In this document: positions 9,908 through 19,672 of the stretch, piece by piece
Numbering within the stretch: position 1 is the first letter of the stretch
Layout: every line of letters starts with the position of its first letter
Sequence record: SRR2962707_1575
Direction: 5' to 3' (one strand)
DNA: 50,028 nt
Program-made: the position numbers and the translations under genes
The notes under the pieces: model-generated
Database searches by the model: none
Told to the model about the DNA's origin: nothing
The model's input: the letters and a program-made list of their open reading frames with translations, nothing else

Positions 9908-10737
9908 TCTAATTCCTCGTGTTCAGACTGCGCGATGGCGTCAACTGCGGCTTGGACCGACATGCGATCCAATGTGCTAAAAGGCAGCGCGGCAAAGGCG
10001 GTAATCCGTCTTTGCAACGCGGTGTAAGTGTCTCGAAAAGCGCGATGAATGTCGCTGGCCTCGCCACTTGCGGCGGGGTCTGGCACCCCCCAGTGCCCAA
10101 TGACCGGCGCGCCGTTCCAAGGTTTGCTGTCTTCATTTGCGGCTTGGTTACATACCGTCAGAACGAAATCCATATTTGGCGCTTCTTCGCTCTGGAACTC
10201 CTGAACCGGCTTGGAGCTTAAAGACGACACATCATGTCCAAGGCTTTCGAGCAGCTCTAATGCGGCCGGGTTCGGTTCTGACTTTGGGGAAGTCCCTGCT
10301 GAATACACCATGAAGTTTCCGGCCCCCAAATCGCGCAGCAAACACTCGGCCAAAATCGACCGCGCTGAGTTTCCAGTACATAGAAACAAAACTTTGTATG
10401 GTTTTTGCGACGGCTCGCCTTGGGACTGCCAACGGGTGTCTGCGGAAAGATCGGAACGTCCGCTACAACAATCCTGAAACAAGAAGTCCGACAAGGCCTG
10501 AACTTCCTTCATGTTCACGCGGTAAAGCCGTGACGTGCCCTGCCGGATTTGAGTAATAAGGCCAACCCCAGTCAGCGCAGACAAGTAGACAGACAGGGTG
10601 CTGGGCTTAATGCCAAGTGACCCCGCGATTTCCCCAGCGGGTACCGCATTTGGGAACCGGCGGATCAGCAGTCGAAAGACCGACATGCGCCCGGCATGAC
10701 CCAAGGTGGTCAACTTATCAAGATTCTCTATTTCCAT
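9904..10737 (-). CDS. ArsR-family HTH fused to LMW-PTP-type arsenate reductase (ArsC) domain
   Basis: N-terminal ArsR HTH ending in DCC; C-terminal [13 protein letters not shown]-loop, SAGT, HWGVPDP. Confidence 0.88.
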   Translation of the reverse strand: MEIENLDKLTTLGHAGRMSVFRLLIRRFPNAVPAGEIAGSLGIKPSTLSVYLSALTGVGLITQIRQGTSRLYRVNMKEVQALSDFLFQDCCSGRSDLSADTRWQSQGEPSQKPYKVLFLCTGNSARSILAECLLRDLGAGNFMVYSAGTSPKSEPNPAALELLESLGHDVSSLSSKPVQEFQSEEAPNMDFVLTVCNQAANEDSKPWNGAPVIGHWGVPDPAASGEASDIHRAFRDTYTALQRRITAFAALPFSTLDRMSVQAAVDAIAQSEHEELE

Positions 10738-10758
10738 ATTTCATGAATATACGAAATA
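10737..10758. promoter_or_regulatory. probable ArsR operator at the arsR start codon
   Basis: TATTTC-N10-GAAATA inverted repeat overlapping the first base of the start codon; no RBS, consistent with an autoregulated leaderless arsR (inference). Confidence 0.55.
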
Positions 10759-10861
10759 AAGAATATTGAAAGAGATTCCTAGCAAGAGAGACTGTTTTTT
10801 AATCAGTATTTTCCAACATCTCGGCAAAGGTGCATTGATCCCAAGCCGGAAACCGGCGCAC

Positions 10862-10880
10862 TTGCACATTTATTGTGCAA
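10862..10880. promoter_or_regulatory. NtrC-type binding site upstream of the Anbu operon
   Basis: Perfect palindrome TTGCACA-TTTAT-TGTGCAA containing TGCAC-N7-GTGCA, ~93 bp upstream of ATG 10973. Confidence 0.6.
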
Positions 10881-10972
10881 CCAAGCCAAGGGCAAAAAAA
10901 ATTGCCTTAGATTTAACCGATCCTTCACGGGATGCATTGCCGCTGAAAAATTACGCTTTAACATCTTAATTT

Positions 10973-12397
10973 ATGAACACGGATCAGCCATTTGACGAGA
11001 TGTGGGGCTCGGGTGAAGCACTTCGCGCCCCCTATGAGAAATTCCACAACTGGTTAGAGGACGAAAACCCTGCCCGGTTACGCGCCAAGCAACGTGAGGC
11101 TGAAGAGCTTTTCAGGCTCACTGGAATTACATTTAATGTTTACGGCCGCGCAGAGGCTGAGGAACGATTAATTCCATTTGATTTGATCCCACGCATCGTT
11201 TCAGGCAGCGAATGGAAAAAGCTGAGCCGCGGCATCGAACAACGCGTCCGAGCCATAAATGCGTTTCTTTATGACATCTATCACCGTCAGGAGATTCTGA
11301 AAGCCGGTCGTATCCCAAAGGAAATGATCAGCAACAACGACGCCTTCTTGCCTCAGATGATTGGCGTCTCACCTCCCGGCGGCGTTTATACTCATATCGT
11401 TGGCGTCGATCTGGTACGTACAGACGACAACCAGTTTTACGTATTGGAAGACAACGCACGCACCCCATCCGGCGTCAGCTACATGCTCGAAAACCGCGAG
11501 ACCATGATGCAGATGTTCCCTGAGCTGTTTTCGAAAAACCGTGTTCAACCTGTTCAAAACTATGCCCGTGATTTGCGACGGTCTTTGGCGGCTTGCGCCC
11601 CGGCCAGTACGGTTGGCACCCCCACTGTGGCAGTTTTGACGCCTGGGATATTTAACTCTGCCTATTTTGAACACGCGTTCTTGGCCGACCAAATGGGCGT
11701 CGAATTGGTCGAAGGTCACGACCTGAGTGTTCATGAAGGCCGCGTAGTGATGCGCACGACACAAGGCTTCAAGGCGATTGATGTGCTGTATCGTCGGGTA
11801 GACGACGAATACCTTGATCCATTGAACTTTGATCCATCCAGTATGTTAGGCGTTCCTGGCCTTATGGATGTTTATCGTGCCGGAGGCATCACCATTGCCA
11901 ACGCTCCGGGAACAGGCATCGCTGACGACAAAGCGATCTACAGCTACATGCCGGAAATCGTCGAGTTTTATACCGGTGAAAAAGCCATTTTGCAGAACGT
12001 GCCGACATGGCGCTGTTCTGAACCAGATGCTTTGGCCCATGTTTTGGATAATTTATCCGATCTCGTGGTGAAAGAAGTGCATGGCTCTGGTGGATACGGC
12101 ATGCTGATCGGGCCAACGGCCTCGAAGAAAGAAATCGCCGCCTTCCGCAAAAAGCTGATGTCAAAGCCCGGCAATTACATCGCGCAGCCGACACTTTCCT
12201 TGTCGACCGTACCGATCCTCACGAAACAAGGGCTTTCGCCACGCCACGTCGACTTGCGCCCCTTTGTTTTGGTCAGCCCTGCCGGTATTAATGTGACCCC
12301 AGGGGGTTTAACTCGGGTTGCCCTTAAGAAAGGGTCTCTGGTCGTGAATTCTTCGCAAGGCGGAGGCACCAAGGATACTTGGGTGCTGGAGGATTAA
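10973..12397 (+). CDS. circularly permuted type 2 ATP-grasp protein
   Basis: GITFNVY, PFDLIPR, LEDNARTPSGVSY, YRRVDD, GSGGYGM, HVDLRPF, VVNSSQGGGTKDTWV. Confidence 0.93.
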   Translation: MNTDQPFDEMWGSGEALRAPYEKFHNWLEDENPARLRAKQREAEELFRLTGITFNVYGRAEAEERLIPFDLIPRIVSGSEWKKLSRGIEQRVRAINAFLYDIYHRQEILKAGRIPKEMISNNDAFLPQMIGVSPPGGVYTHIVGVDLVRTDDNQFYVLEDNARTPSGVSYMLENRETMMQMFPELFSKNRVQPVQNYARDLRRSLAACAPASTVGTPTVAVLTPGIFNSAYFEHAFLADQMGVELVEGHDLSVHEGRVVMRTTQGFKAIDVLYRRVDDEYLDPLNFDPSSMLGVPGLMDVYRAGGITIANAPGTGIADDKAIYSYMPEIVEFYTGEKAILQNVPTWRCSEPDALAHVLDNLSDLVVKEVHGSGGYGMLIGPTASKKEIAAFRKKLMSKPGNYIAQPTLSLSTVPILTKQGLSPRHVDLRPFVLVSPAGINVTPGGLTRVALKKGSLVVNSSQGGGTKDTWVLED

Positions 12398-12399
12398 GC

Positions 12400-13341
12400 A
12401 TGCTAGGTAAAACAGCCAATGGGCTTTATTGGATGTACCGCTATATCGAGCGGGCCGAAAACACGGCGCGCCTCATTGAGACCGGCCAAAGGATTGCTTT
12501 GACCCGTTCCGGCGATGTTGACGGAGAATGGGCCTCTGTGATGCAGACCGCCGGTGTTCTTGAAGGTTACAACGCCCATAACGAAACCCTGTCAAAAGAC
12601 GCCGCCATTGATTGGATGGTCCGTTCTAAAGACAACCCGTCGTCCTTGATGTCGTCCATCTCAACTGCGCGCCACAACGCAAGAATGGTTAGAACCGCCC
12701 TTACCCCTGAAGTGTGGGAAGCGGTAAACGCCTGTTATATGCGCGTACAAGGCGCAACCAAGCGCAAAGTCAGTGAACGGGATCTGCCGGGTGTGCTGAA
12801 AATGGTGCGCCAGGGCACCGCCTTGGTACGCGGGGCCACTCACGGCACGATGCTGCGCAACGACATTTACAACTTCTGCCGGATTGGCACCTTTCTGGAA
12901 CGCGGCGACTACACTGCGCGCATTCTCGACGTAAAATACTATGTTTTGCTGCCGTCGTCTTTTTCCGTTGGGTCCAACATCGACAACGTGCAGTGGGAAA
13001 CCATCTTGTTATCCGTGTCCGCCCATGGTGGGTACCGCATGACATACGGCAATACGATCACCCCGCGCGATATCTCGCATTTCTTGATGCTCGACAAACG
13101 CATGCCTCGGAGCCTAAATTTCTGTGCGTCAAAAATTCGGGACAACCTGAAATACATTGAGGATGATTATGGGACGCAGACGAAATCTCATACCATCGCC
13201 AAAGGACTGGTCCAACGCTTCATGTCTCATGACGTGGATGCAATTTTTGATTACGGACTGCACGAGTACATTCAGGATATGGTCGCATCCCTCGGTGAGC
13301 TTGGTAAGCAAATCGAAATCGATTATCGCTTTTATGAGTAA
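12400..13341 (+). CDS. alpha-E domain protein (DUF403)
   Basis: ML..TA..LYWM.RY.ERAENTAR and second GTFLER..TARILDVKY repeat, PRSL. Confidence 0.92.
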   Translation: MLGKTANGLYWMYRYIERAENTARLIETGQRIALTRSGDVDGEWASVMQTAGVLEGYNAHNETLSKDAAIDWMVRSKDNPSSLMSSISTARHNARMVRTALTPEVWEAVNACYMRVQGATKRKVSERDLPGVLKMVRQGTALVRGATHGTMLRNDIYNFCRIGTFLERGDYTARILDVKYYVLLPSSFSVGSNIDNVQWETILLSVSAHGGYRMTYGNTITPRDISHFLMLDKRMPRSLNFCASKIRDNLKYIEDDYGTQTKSHTIAKGLVQRFMSHDVDAIFDYGLHEYIQDMVASLGELGKQIEIDYRFYE

Positions 13342-13344
13342 GTC

Positions 13345-14142
13345 ATGCATTTAAAAATCAATCACCGCACACATTACACGTTCGAGCAACCCATCCTGTC
13401 TGGTCTTCAACAATTGCGCGTGACGCCTAAGGTTTCTCATGGTCAGAAAATACTGAACTGGAAAACCAACATTACCGGCGGGGAGAGCCAATTAACCTTT
13501 GATGATCACCACAACAATCACGTCGAATTGGTCAGTCTGAACAAAGACATGACGGAAATTACAATCGATGTGGAAGGTGAGGTCTATGTCGAAGACAAAA
13601 CCGGAATTGTGGGCCCACACCATGGCCCCGCTCCGCTTTGGCTGTATATGAAACCAACGGCGCACACAAAACCCGGCCCCGGATGCAATGCGTTGATCAA
13701 ACAAGTCACCGCCAGTTCTGATCTCGAACAATTGCATCAGCTGTCGGCGATCATTCTAGAGGCCGTGAAATACAAAACCGGCATGTCCGACACGGATTGG
13801 ACGGCCGAGGACGCTATTTCACAGGCCGTTGGTGTCTGCCAGGACCACACGCACATTTTTTCGTCATGTGCGCGAAAGATGGGCTTTCCGGCAAGGTACG
13901 TCTCGGGGTATTTGATGATGGAAGACAGAGTCGACCAAGACGCGACTCATGCTTGGTCAGAGGCCCACATTCCAGATTTGGGCTGGGTTGGCTTTGATGT
14001 CTCAAACGGAATTGCACCGGACGGGCGCTATGTGCGCATGGCAACAGGACTTGACTATACTGAGGCTGCTCCGGTCATAGGAACAAGAGTAGGAGGCGCA
14101 GAAGAAGCGCTTTCGGTCGCCATACAAGTGGCGCAGCAGTAA
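13345..14142 (+). CDS. transglutaminase-like protein
   Basis: I.H.T.Y N-terminus; GVCQD (Cys), RYVSGY, HAW.E (His), GWVGFD (Asp). Confidence 0.93.
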   Translation: MHLKINHRTHYTFEQPILSGLQQLRVTPKVSHGQKILNWKTNITGGESQLTFDDHHNNHVELVSLNKDMTEITIDVEGEVYVEDKTGIVGPHHGPAPLWLYMKPTAHTKPGPGCNALIKQVTASSDLEQLHQLSAIILEAVKYKTGMSDTDWTAEDAISQAVGVCQDHTHIFSSCARKMGFPARYVSGYLMMEDRVDQDATHAWSEAHIPDLGWVGFDVSNGIAPDGRYVRMATGLDYTEAAPVIGTRVGGAEEALSVAIQVAQQ

Positions 14143-14153
14143 GAAAGACGAAG

Positions 14154-14885
14154 ATGACGTATTGTGTTGGGATGACCTTGAACCGTGGGCTTGTGTTCAT
14201 GTCGGATACCCGCACCAATGGTGGCATTGATAACATTTCAAGTTTTCGGAAAATGCGGTCGTGGGAAAACCCTGGGGACCGCATGATTACGATTATGACG
14301 GCGGGCAACCTTGCAACCACTCAAGCCGTCGTCAGTATGTTGGACGAACGCACAAAGGCAGCCGAGGACCGCAACCCAAGCATCATGCAAGCCCCATCGA
14401 TGTTTCAAGTCGCCCGCGAAGTGGCGGATATCTTGCGTGACATCATTCTTGAGCACCGAGATGGCGGACAACGCGCCGACAGTTCTTTCAACGCGACAAT
14501 CCTTTTGGGTGGTCAGATCGCAGGCGGCCCTCCCCGTCTGTTTATGATTTATCCAGAGGGCAACTTCATCGAAGCCGGTGAAGACACGCCTTTCTTTCAG
14601 ATTGGGGAAACAAAATACGGGCGCCCAATTTTGGTCCGCGCGTATGATCCGGATATGAGTTTTGAAGAGGCTGTAAAGCTCTTGCTTGTCAGTTTTGATT
14701 CCACAGTAAAGGCAAACCTGTCTGTCGGTGCGCCCTTTGATTTGCATTTGTATGAGGCCGACAGCCTGCACTGTGGTTTCGAAACGCGGATCGAACAGGA
14801 TGACGCCTATTTCAATACCATTTCCAAAGGTTGGGGCGATGCATTGAAAAACGCGTTGGACAGCCTTCCCGACTATGAAATCTGA
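14154..14885 (+). CDS. proteasome-type NTN peptidase (Anbu)
   Basis: N-terminal Thr (MTYCVG), SDTRTN.G.D, AGNLATTQ, IYPEGNFI, QIGETKYG; fourth gene of the ATP-grasp/alpha-E/transglutaminase operon. Confidence 0.93.
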   Translation: MTYCVGMTLNRGLVFMSDTRTNGGIDNISSFRKMRSWENPGDRMITIMTAGNLATTQAVVSMLDERTKAAEDRNPSIMQAPSMFQVAREVADILRDIILEHRDGGQRADSSFNATILLGGQIAGGPPRLFMIYPEGNFIEAGEDTPFFQIGETKYGRPILVRAYDPDMSFEEAVKLLLVSFDSTVKANLSVGAPFDLHLYEADSLHCGFETRIEQDDAYFNTISKGWGDALKNALDSLPDYEI

Positions 14886-14910
14886 ACATCTGTCACTGAC
14901 CTGATGACAC

Positions 14911-14940
14911 CCATCTTCACCGAAGATGGCGTTTCCTTTT
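14911..14940 (+). terminator. probable intrinsic terminator of the Anbu operon
   Basis: CCATCTTC-acc-GAAGATGG followed by T-rich tail. Confidence 0.5.
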
Positions 14941-15056
14941 GTGGATTGTCTTGCTTACGCATCGCATGACTCACGGATGATATGGTCAGCCTTTTTCAAG
15001 CTAAGGTGAATTACACCCAAGCTTGAAAACTATTGATACAAAACCGGTATTTGCTG

Positions 15057-16544
15057 CTATTTTGCCTCAGCCTTTACCATTTCAGCCAGATCTTTGATGG
15101 TCGATGACACGCCGTTTTGAAGAAATGCGGTCAGATCAGCTTCCACCAACCCTCTGAAATCTCTATTGGAAGTCAGTTCTTTCGGGAAGATCTCAGACAA
15201 TCCAAATAGGGCATTTACAATGTCCTCAGACGACGTGACGTTTTTCAATCTATCGGTAATCTGATCCTGCCTTGGATCGCGCAGATCATAGGCTTCGCCG
15301 TTGTCATGGACACCCTGACAATAGCGCATCCAAACCGCGACGACGAACGCAAAGGGCGCCAAAGACTGTCCACTTTCAATGGCGGACAAAGCAGGGGCAA
15401 TAATGCGTTGAGGCAGTTTTTCAGAACCATCCATCGCAATTTGATAGGTTTGATGCGCGATTGTCGGATTTTCAAATCGTGCCACCAATGAGTCTGCGTA
15501 TGCCGCTAAATCCATCCCGTCGAGCGGGTCCAGCGTATTGGCCGCCGCGGCTAAGTGACGACGCACCAGAACCGCCAAATTCTCATCCGCCATAACATCG
15601 CTGACAAATCGACGTCCCGACAAAAAGCCGGCATAGGCCAACATCGTATGCGCCCCATTCAGCATCCGCAGCTTCATGTTTTCATATGGGGCGACATCCG
15701 CCACAAAAAGCGCACCTCCCGCTTCCCACTTTGGACGTCCGGTTGGGAAATGATCTTCGATGACCCATTGAGAAAACGGCTCTGTTTCGATGGCCGCCAA
15801 ATCCGTGCACCCTGTCATCGCAGCCGCGTCGCTCAGCGTTGCATCGGTTTTCGCCGGCGTAATCCGATCCACCATAGTTGACGGAAACGCCACGTTCTCT
15901 GCGATCCAGCGGCCAAGATCCGGATCTTGTCGCGTTGCAAAATCAAAAACCCCATCCCGCAGAAACTTGCCATTTTCCGGGAGGTTGTCGCAGCACAAGA
16001 CTGTGAAAGGCGGGATATTAACCGCGCGTCGGTTGGCCAGAGCGGCGACTAAAACCCCCAATGCTCCCACGGGATTGTCGGGCGTCTTCAGATCAGAAGC
16101 GACTGCAGGATGCTCCATATCCGCGCGCCCGGTGCTGCGCTCAATGCCGTAGGCTTTTTCTGTAACGGTCAAACTTACGATACGTATGTTCGGCTTGGAC
16201 AACAGGTCCAACAATGGCTTGGCCTGACCTTGAAGCGCAATAACCTCAGCAATCGACCCAATCACACGCCCTGAACTCGTTGGGTCGGCCCGTTCAATCA
16301 ACGTGTAAAGGCCGTTCTGCGGGTTCAACTCTTCAGCCGCCGTTGGACTGCGTAAACTCACCCCGACAATACGCCAATCACCCCCCGTCGCGCTAAGAGC
16401 ATCATCGGTATAAACCGCTTGGTGGGCCTTGTGAAAAGCGCCGACGCCTAAATGAACAATCCCGACGTCATGCTGATCAGGTTGGTAAGACGGCGTCTGC
16501 ACGCCCTCTGCCACGTCTTCGACAGACGTTAATCGCATGTCCAT
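15057..16544 (-). CDS. uxuB: mannitol dehydrogenase family, D-mannonate oxidoreductase (fructuronate reductase)
   Basis: IVHLGVGAFHKAHQA, SLTVTEK, CCDNL, FPSTMVDRITP, KLRMLNGAH, QIAMDGS.KLPQR; immediately downstream of uxuA. Confidence 0.88.
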   Translation of the reverse strand: MDMRLTSVEDVAEGVQTPSYQPDQHDVGIVHLGVGAFHKAHQAVYTDDALSATGGDWRIVGVSLRSPTAAEELNPQNGLYTLIERADPTSSGRVIGSIAEVIALQGQAKPLLDLLSKPNIRIVSLTVTEKAYGIERSTGRADMEHPAVASDLKTPDNPVGALGVLVAALANRRAVNIPPFTVLCCDNLPENGKFLRDGVFDFATRQDPDLGRWIAENVAFPSTMVDRITPAKTDATLSDAAAMTGCTDLAAIETEPFSQWVIEDHFPTGRPKWEAGGALFVADVAPYENMKLRMLNGAHTMLAYAGFLSGRRFVSDVMADENLAVLVRRHLAAAANTLDPLDGMDLAAYADSLVARFENPTIAHQTYQIAMDGSEKLPQRIIAPALSAIESGQSLAPFAFVVAVWMRYCQGVHDNGEAYDLRDPRQDQITDRLKNVTSSEDIVNALFGLSEIFPKELTSNRDFRGLVEADLTAFLQNGVSSTIKDLAEMVKAEAK

Positions 16545-16545
16545 T

Positions 16546-17775
16546 TCAGGCGGCCCCAGCAGTATGAGACAACGCTGCCATGATTCCACGCAGCTCTGCC
16601 AACCCTTTCAGGCGGCCAATTGCTGGATAGCCTGGCTGCGCTTTACGATTCAGATCGTCAAGAATGTCTTGCCCATGGTCAGGACGGAAAGGAATTGAAC
16701 TATCAGCTCGCCCCGCCGCACGCCGTTTCGCTTCTTCATCCAACACTGCATGAACCAACGCCACCATATCTGTATCGCCGCCAAGATGTTCTGCCTCGTG
16801 AAAGGAGCCGCGAACGTCATTCGAATCTCTTAATAAATCCGGCTCGCGCGTTACGTTGCGCAGGTGCAAAAAGTGGATTCGGTCGCCAAGGCGACGCACC
16901 ATACCCGGCAGATCATTATCCGATCTTGCGCCTAGCGATCCAGAACACAAAGTAATGCCATTGGATGGCAGATCCACAGCTTCAACAAGCATGCGATAAT
17001 GGTCTTCCGTCGACATGATCCGAGGCAATCCTAACAATGGAAAGGGTGGATCATCCGGGTGGCAGCACAGGCGCATCCCCAGCTCCTGCGCAACCGGTGC
17101 AACTTCTTCTAGGAACGCGAACAGATTTTCACGCAATCCCGCTTCTGAAAGTGTGGCGTATTCGGCCAAATGCAGGCGAATGTCGTCCAAAGAAAAGGAT
17201 TCTGCGGCGCCGGGCAATCCATGCACAACGTTTCCGGCCAACACTTTTTTCGCCGCCTCGCCCATGCCTTCAAAACGGCGCCCTGCTTCGATCAGAAGAT
17301 CCTGAGAATACTCCTCAACAGCTGCTGTCCGTTGCAAAATATGAACGTCAAAGGCAACGAAATCCGCGATATCAAAGCGCATACAGGTCGCCCCGTTTGG
17401 CAGGCGGTAAGCAATGTCCGTCCGGGTCCAATCCAATACAGGCATAAAGTTGTAACAAATAACCTCTATGCCAGCCGCAGATAGATTCCGCAGACTTTGT
17501 TTGTAGTTGGCAACATGCGTACGCCAGTCACCTTTTTGCTTCTTAATGTCCTCAGACACAGGAAGGCTTTCTACGATTTCCCAGGCCAATCCCGTCGACT
17601 GACCTTCGGGTGTCAGGGCGATTTCAGCTTGCCGCTTCTCGATTTCTTCCAGACTCCAGACATCTCCAGTTGGAATGTGATGCAGTGCTGAGACCACCCC
17701 CTCCACACCAGCTTGACGCATATCGCCAACGGTCACCTGATCTTTCGGCCCGAACCACCGCCATGTCTGTCTCAT
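16546..17775 (-). CDS. uxuA: mannonate dehydratase
   Basis: MRQTWRWFGP, CYNFMPVLDWTRT, HPDDPP, HLRNV, RPDHG, PGYPAIGRL. Confidence 0.96.
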   Translation of the reverse strand: MRQTWRWFGPKDQVTVGDMRQAGVEGVVSALHHIPTGDVWSLEEIEKRQAEIALTPEGQSTGLAWEIVESLPVSEDIKKQKGDWRTHVANYKQSLRNLSAAGIEVICYNFMPVLDWTRTDIAYRLPNGATCMRFDIADFVAFDVHILQRTAAVEEYSQDLLIEAGRRFEGMGEAAKKVLAGNVVHGLPGAAESFSLDDIRLHLAEYATLSEAGLRENLFAFLEEVAPVAQELGMRLCCHPDDPPFPLLGLPRIMSTEDHYRMLVEAVDLPSNGITLCSGSLGARSDNDLPGMVRRLGDRIHFLHLRNVTREPDLLRDSNDVRGSFHEAEHLGGDTDMVALVHAVLDEEAKRRAAGRADSSIPFRPDHGQDILDDLNRKAQPGYPAIGRLKGLAELRGIMAALSHTAGAA

Positions 17776-17853
17776 TCTCTTTCCTTTGCCTTGCGCCGAC
17801 GTTCTTCCGTCAGCCTCCCTAGCTTACATTTCCTATAACGGTTTACAATACGG

Positions 17854-17882
17854 TTGACTAGTATGGAAGTATGGCGCATAAA
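17854..17882 (+). promoter_or_regulatory. candidate promoter/operator in the uxuA-gntR divergent region
   Basis: TTGACT(17854-17859) -35-like, tandem AGTATGG repeats (17860-17866, 17868-17874), CATAAA 17 bp downstream. Confidence 0.4.
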
Positions 17883-17902
17883 AGCGGCAGGGAGGACGAG
17901 AG

Positions 17903-18604
17903 ATGACAGTAAAACGCGGATTTTCTTGGGATTTAGATCATGCAATTGCGATCGGCCCACAGCTGCACCGAATCCTTCGTGAAAGAATCGTCAGCAATGA
18001 TCTCTCACCAGGTCAGAAGATTTCTGAAACTGAACTCTCCAAAGCTTATGCCATCAGCCGCCAACCTGTTCGTGAAGCCTTTATTAAACTGGCGGAAGAA
18101 GGCCTGATCGACGTACGCCCTCAGCGCAGCACCGTGGTGCGGAAAATTGACTTTGATGCCGTTCTTGATGCCCGGTTTGTCCGCGAAGCCATCGAGGCCG
18201 ACATTGTTAAATTGGCTTCGGAACGGTCCGATCCTGTCATTGTTGCCAAGCTGCGCGCGCAGCTAGTCGAGCAACGGCGCGTTGCGAAGGAGCAGCCGCT
18301 GAATTTCATTCAATTGGACGAGCTGTTTCACCGCACCCTTGCCGAAGCCGCCAACAAAACAAATGCCTGGAGCTTTATCGAAAGCTTAAAGGCCCAGATG
18401 GACAGGGTTCGCTATCTCAGCTTGAGCCACTTCCCCATCGACAAGCTTATCGAGCAACACGAAGAAATCGTTGAAGGTATTGCAAAAGGAAACGTCTCAC
18501 AAACAGAGACAGCTCTGCGCCATCACCTACACGAAATTTTAAAGGATCTGCCTGCCATTCAGGCAGCCAATCCCGCCTATTTCAACGGAAGCGTTGGAAG
18601 ATAA
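17903..18604 (+). CDS. GntR/FCD transcriptional regulator, RspR(YdfH)-like
   Basis: ISETEL..SRQPVREAFIKLAEEGLI.VRPQRST HTH; FCD domain (D..FH, EQH). Confidence 0.9.
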   Translation: MTVKRGFSWDLDHAIAIGPQLHRILRERIVSNDLSPGQKISETELSKAYAISRQPVREAFIKLAEEGLIDVRPQRSTVVRKIDFDAVLDARFVREAIEADIVKLASERSDPVIVAKLRAQLVEQRRVAKEQPLNFIQLDELFHRTLAEAANKTNAWSFIESLKAQMDRVRYLSLSHFPIDKLIEQHEEIVEGIAKGNVSQTETALRHHLHEILKDLPAIQAANPAYFNGSVGR

Positions 18605-18637
18605 CGAACGACAATCAAGTGAAGCCTGGAGGAAAAA

Positions 18638-19615
18638 ATGACTTTCACTAAAAAGATTGCGGCCCTAATTGCCGCCGGCGTTGCCGCCCAATTCATCGGT
18701 GGTGCTGCCCTAGCGCAAGACATGACACTTAAACTTGGCCACCTGGCCAATGAGTCCAACCCTTGGCACAAGGCTTCCGTTAAATTCGGTGCAGAACTGT
18801 CTCGTTTGACTGACGGCCGCATTGCCGTAGAAGTTTTCCCAAACGAGTCTTTGGGAAAAGAGATTGACCTGATTAACGGTATGCAGCTTGGCACCGTGGA
18901 CATGACAATCACAGGTGAAAGCCTGCAAAACTGGGCGCCTTTGGCCGCTCTTTTGGCTGTGCCTTATGCCTATAAATCTATCGAGCACATGGATGAAGTT
19001 GCCAGCGGCGAAATTGGCGACCAAATCAAAGCTCAGATCATCGAAAAAGTTCAGATTCGCCCCATTGCACACTTTGCACGTGGCCCGCGCAACCTGACTT
19101 CGAACCGCGCCATTCCAAGCCCGGATGACCTGAACGGTTTGAAAATGCGCGTACCAAACGTGCCATTGTTCGTGGACGTTTGGAAATCACTGGGTGCGAA
19201 CCCCGGCCCAATGGCGTTCTCAGAAGTGTTTACATCGCTGCAAAACGGCACAATCGACAGCCAGGAAAACCCCCTTGCTTTGATCCGTTCCGCCAACTTC
19301 AACGAAGTTCAAAGCCACGTAAACCTGACCGAGCACGTTCGTTCGTGGATCTACCTGACAATCGCAGAATCAACCTGGAACAAATTGTCGGCAGACGATC
19401 AGGCTGCGGTTACACAGGCGGCTGCACTGGCTCAGGCCTATGAGCGTGGCTTGTTTGAAGCGTCGATAGATGCTGACCGAGCCTACCTTGAATCAAAAGG
19501 CATGACCTTTGTTGAAGTCGATGGCGCGGCCTATGCAGCAAAAGCAAAAGACGCTGTTCTTGCTAACGTAAGCGATGAAATCAAGCCTATCGTTGACGGC
19601 CTGTTCGCTCAGTAG
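18638..19615 (+). CDS. dctP: TRAP transporter substrate-binding protein
   Basis: Signal peptide, GLKMRVP, EVFTSLQNGTIDSQEN; GGAGG RBS. Confidence 0.94.
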   Translation: MTFTKKIAALIAAGVAAQFIGGAALAQDMTLKLGHLANESNPWHKASVKFGAELSRLTDGRIAVEVFPNESLGKEIDLINGMQLGTVDMTITGESLQNWAPLAALLAVPYAYKSIEHMDEVASGEIGDQIKAQIIEKVQIRPIAHFARGPRNLTSNRAIPSPDDLNGLKMRVPNVPLFVDVWKSLGANPGPMAFSEVFTSLQNGTIDSQENPLALIRSANFNEVQSHVNLTEHVRSWIYLTIAESTWNKLSADDQAAVTQAAALAQAYERGLFEASIDADRAYLESKGMTFVEVDGAAYAAKAKDAVLANVSDEIKPIVDGLFAQ

Positions 19616-19640
19616 GCGCAATAAGCCTAGATAACTACGT

Positions 19641-19672
19641 CAGGCACCTCACTATCAAGAGGTGCCTGTTTT
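19641..19672 (+). terminator. hairpin between dctP and dctQ
   Basis: CAGGCACCTC/GAGGTGCCTG 10-bp stem followed by TTTT. Confidence 0.65.

Noticed and set aside
10891-10945. sigma54 -24/-12 promoter for the Anbu operon
   Set aside because: GGCAAAAAAAATTGC has GG-N11-GC (one base too long); the other GG-N10-GC nearby lacks the TGGCAC/TTGC consensus
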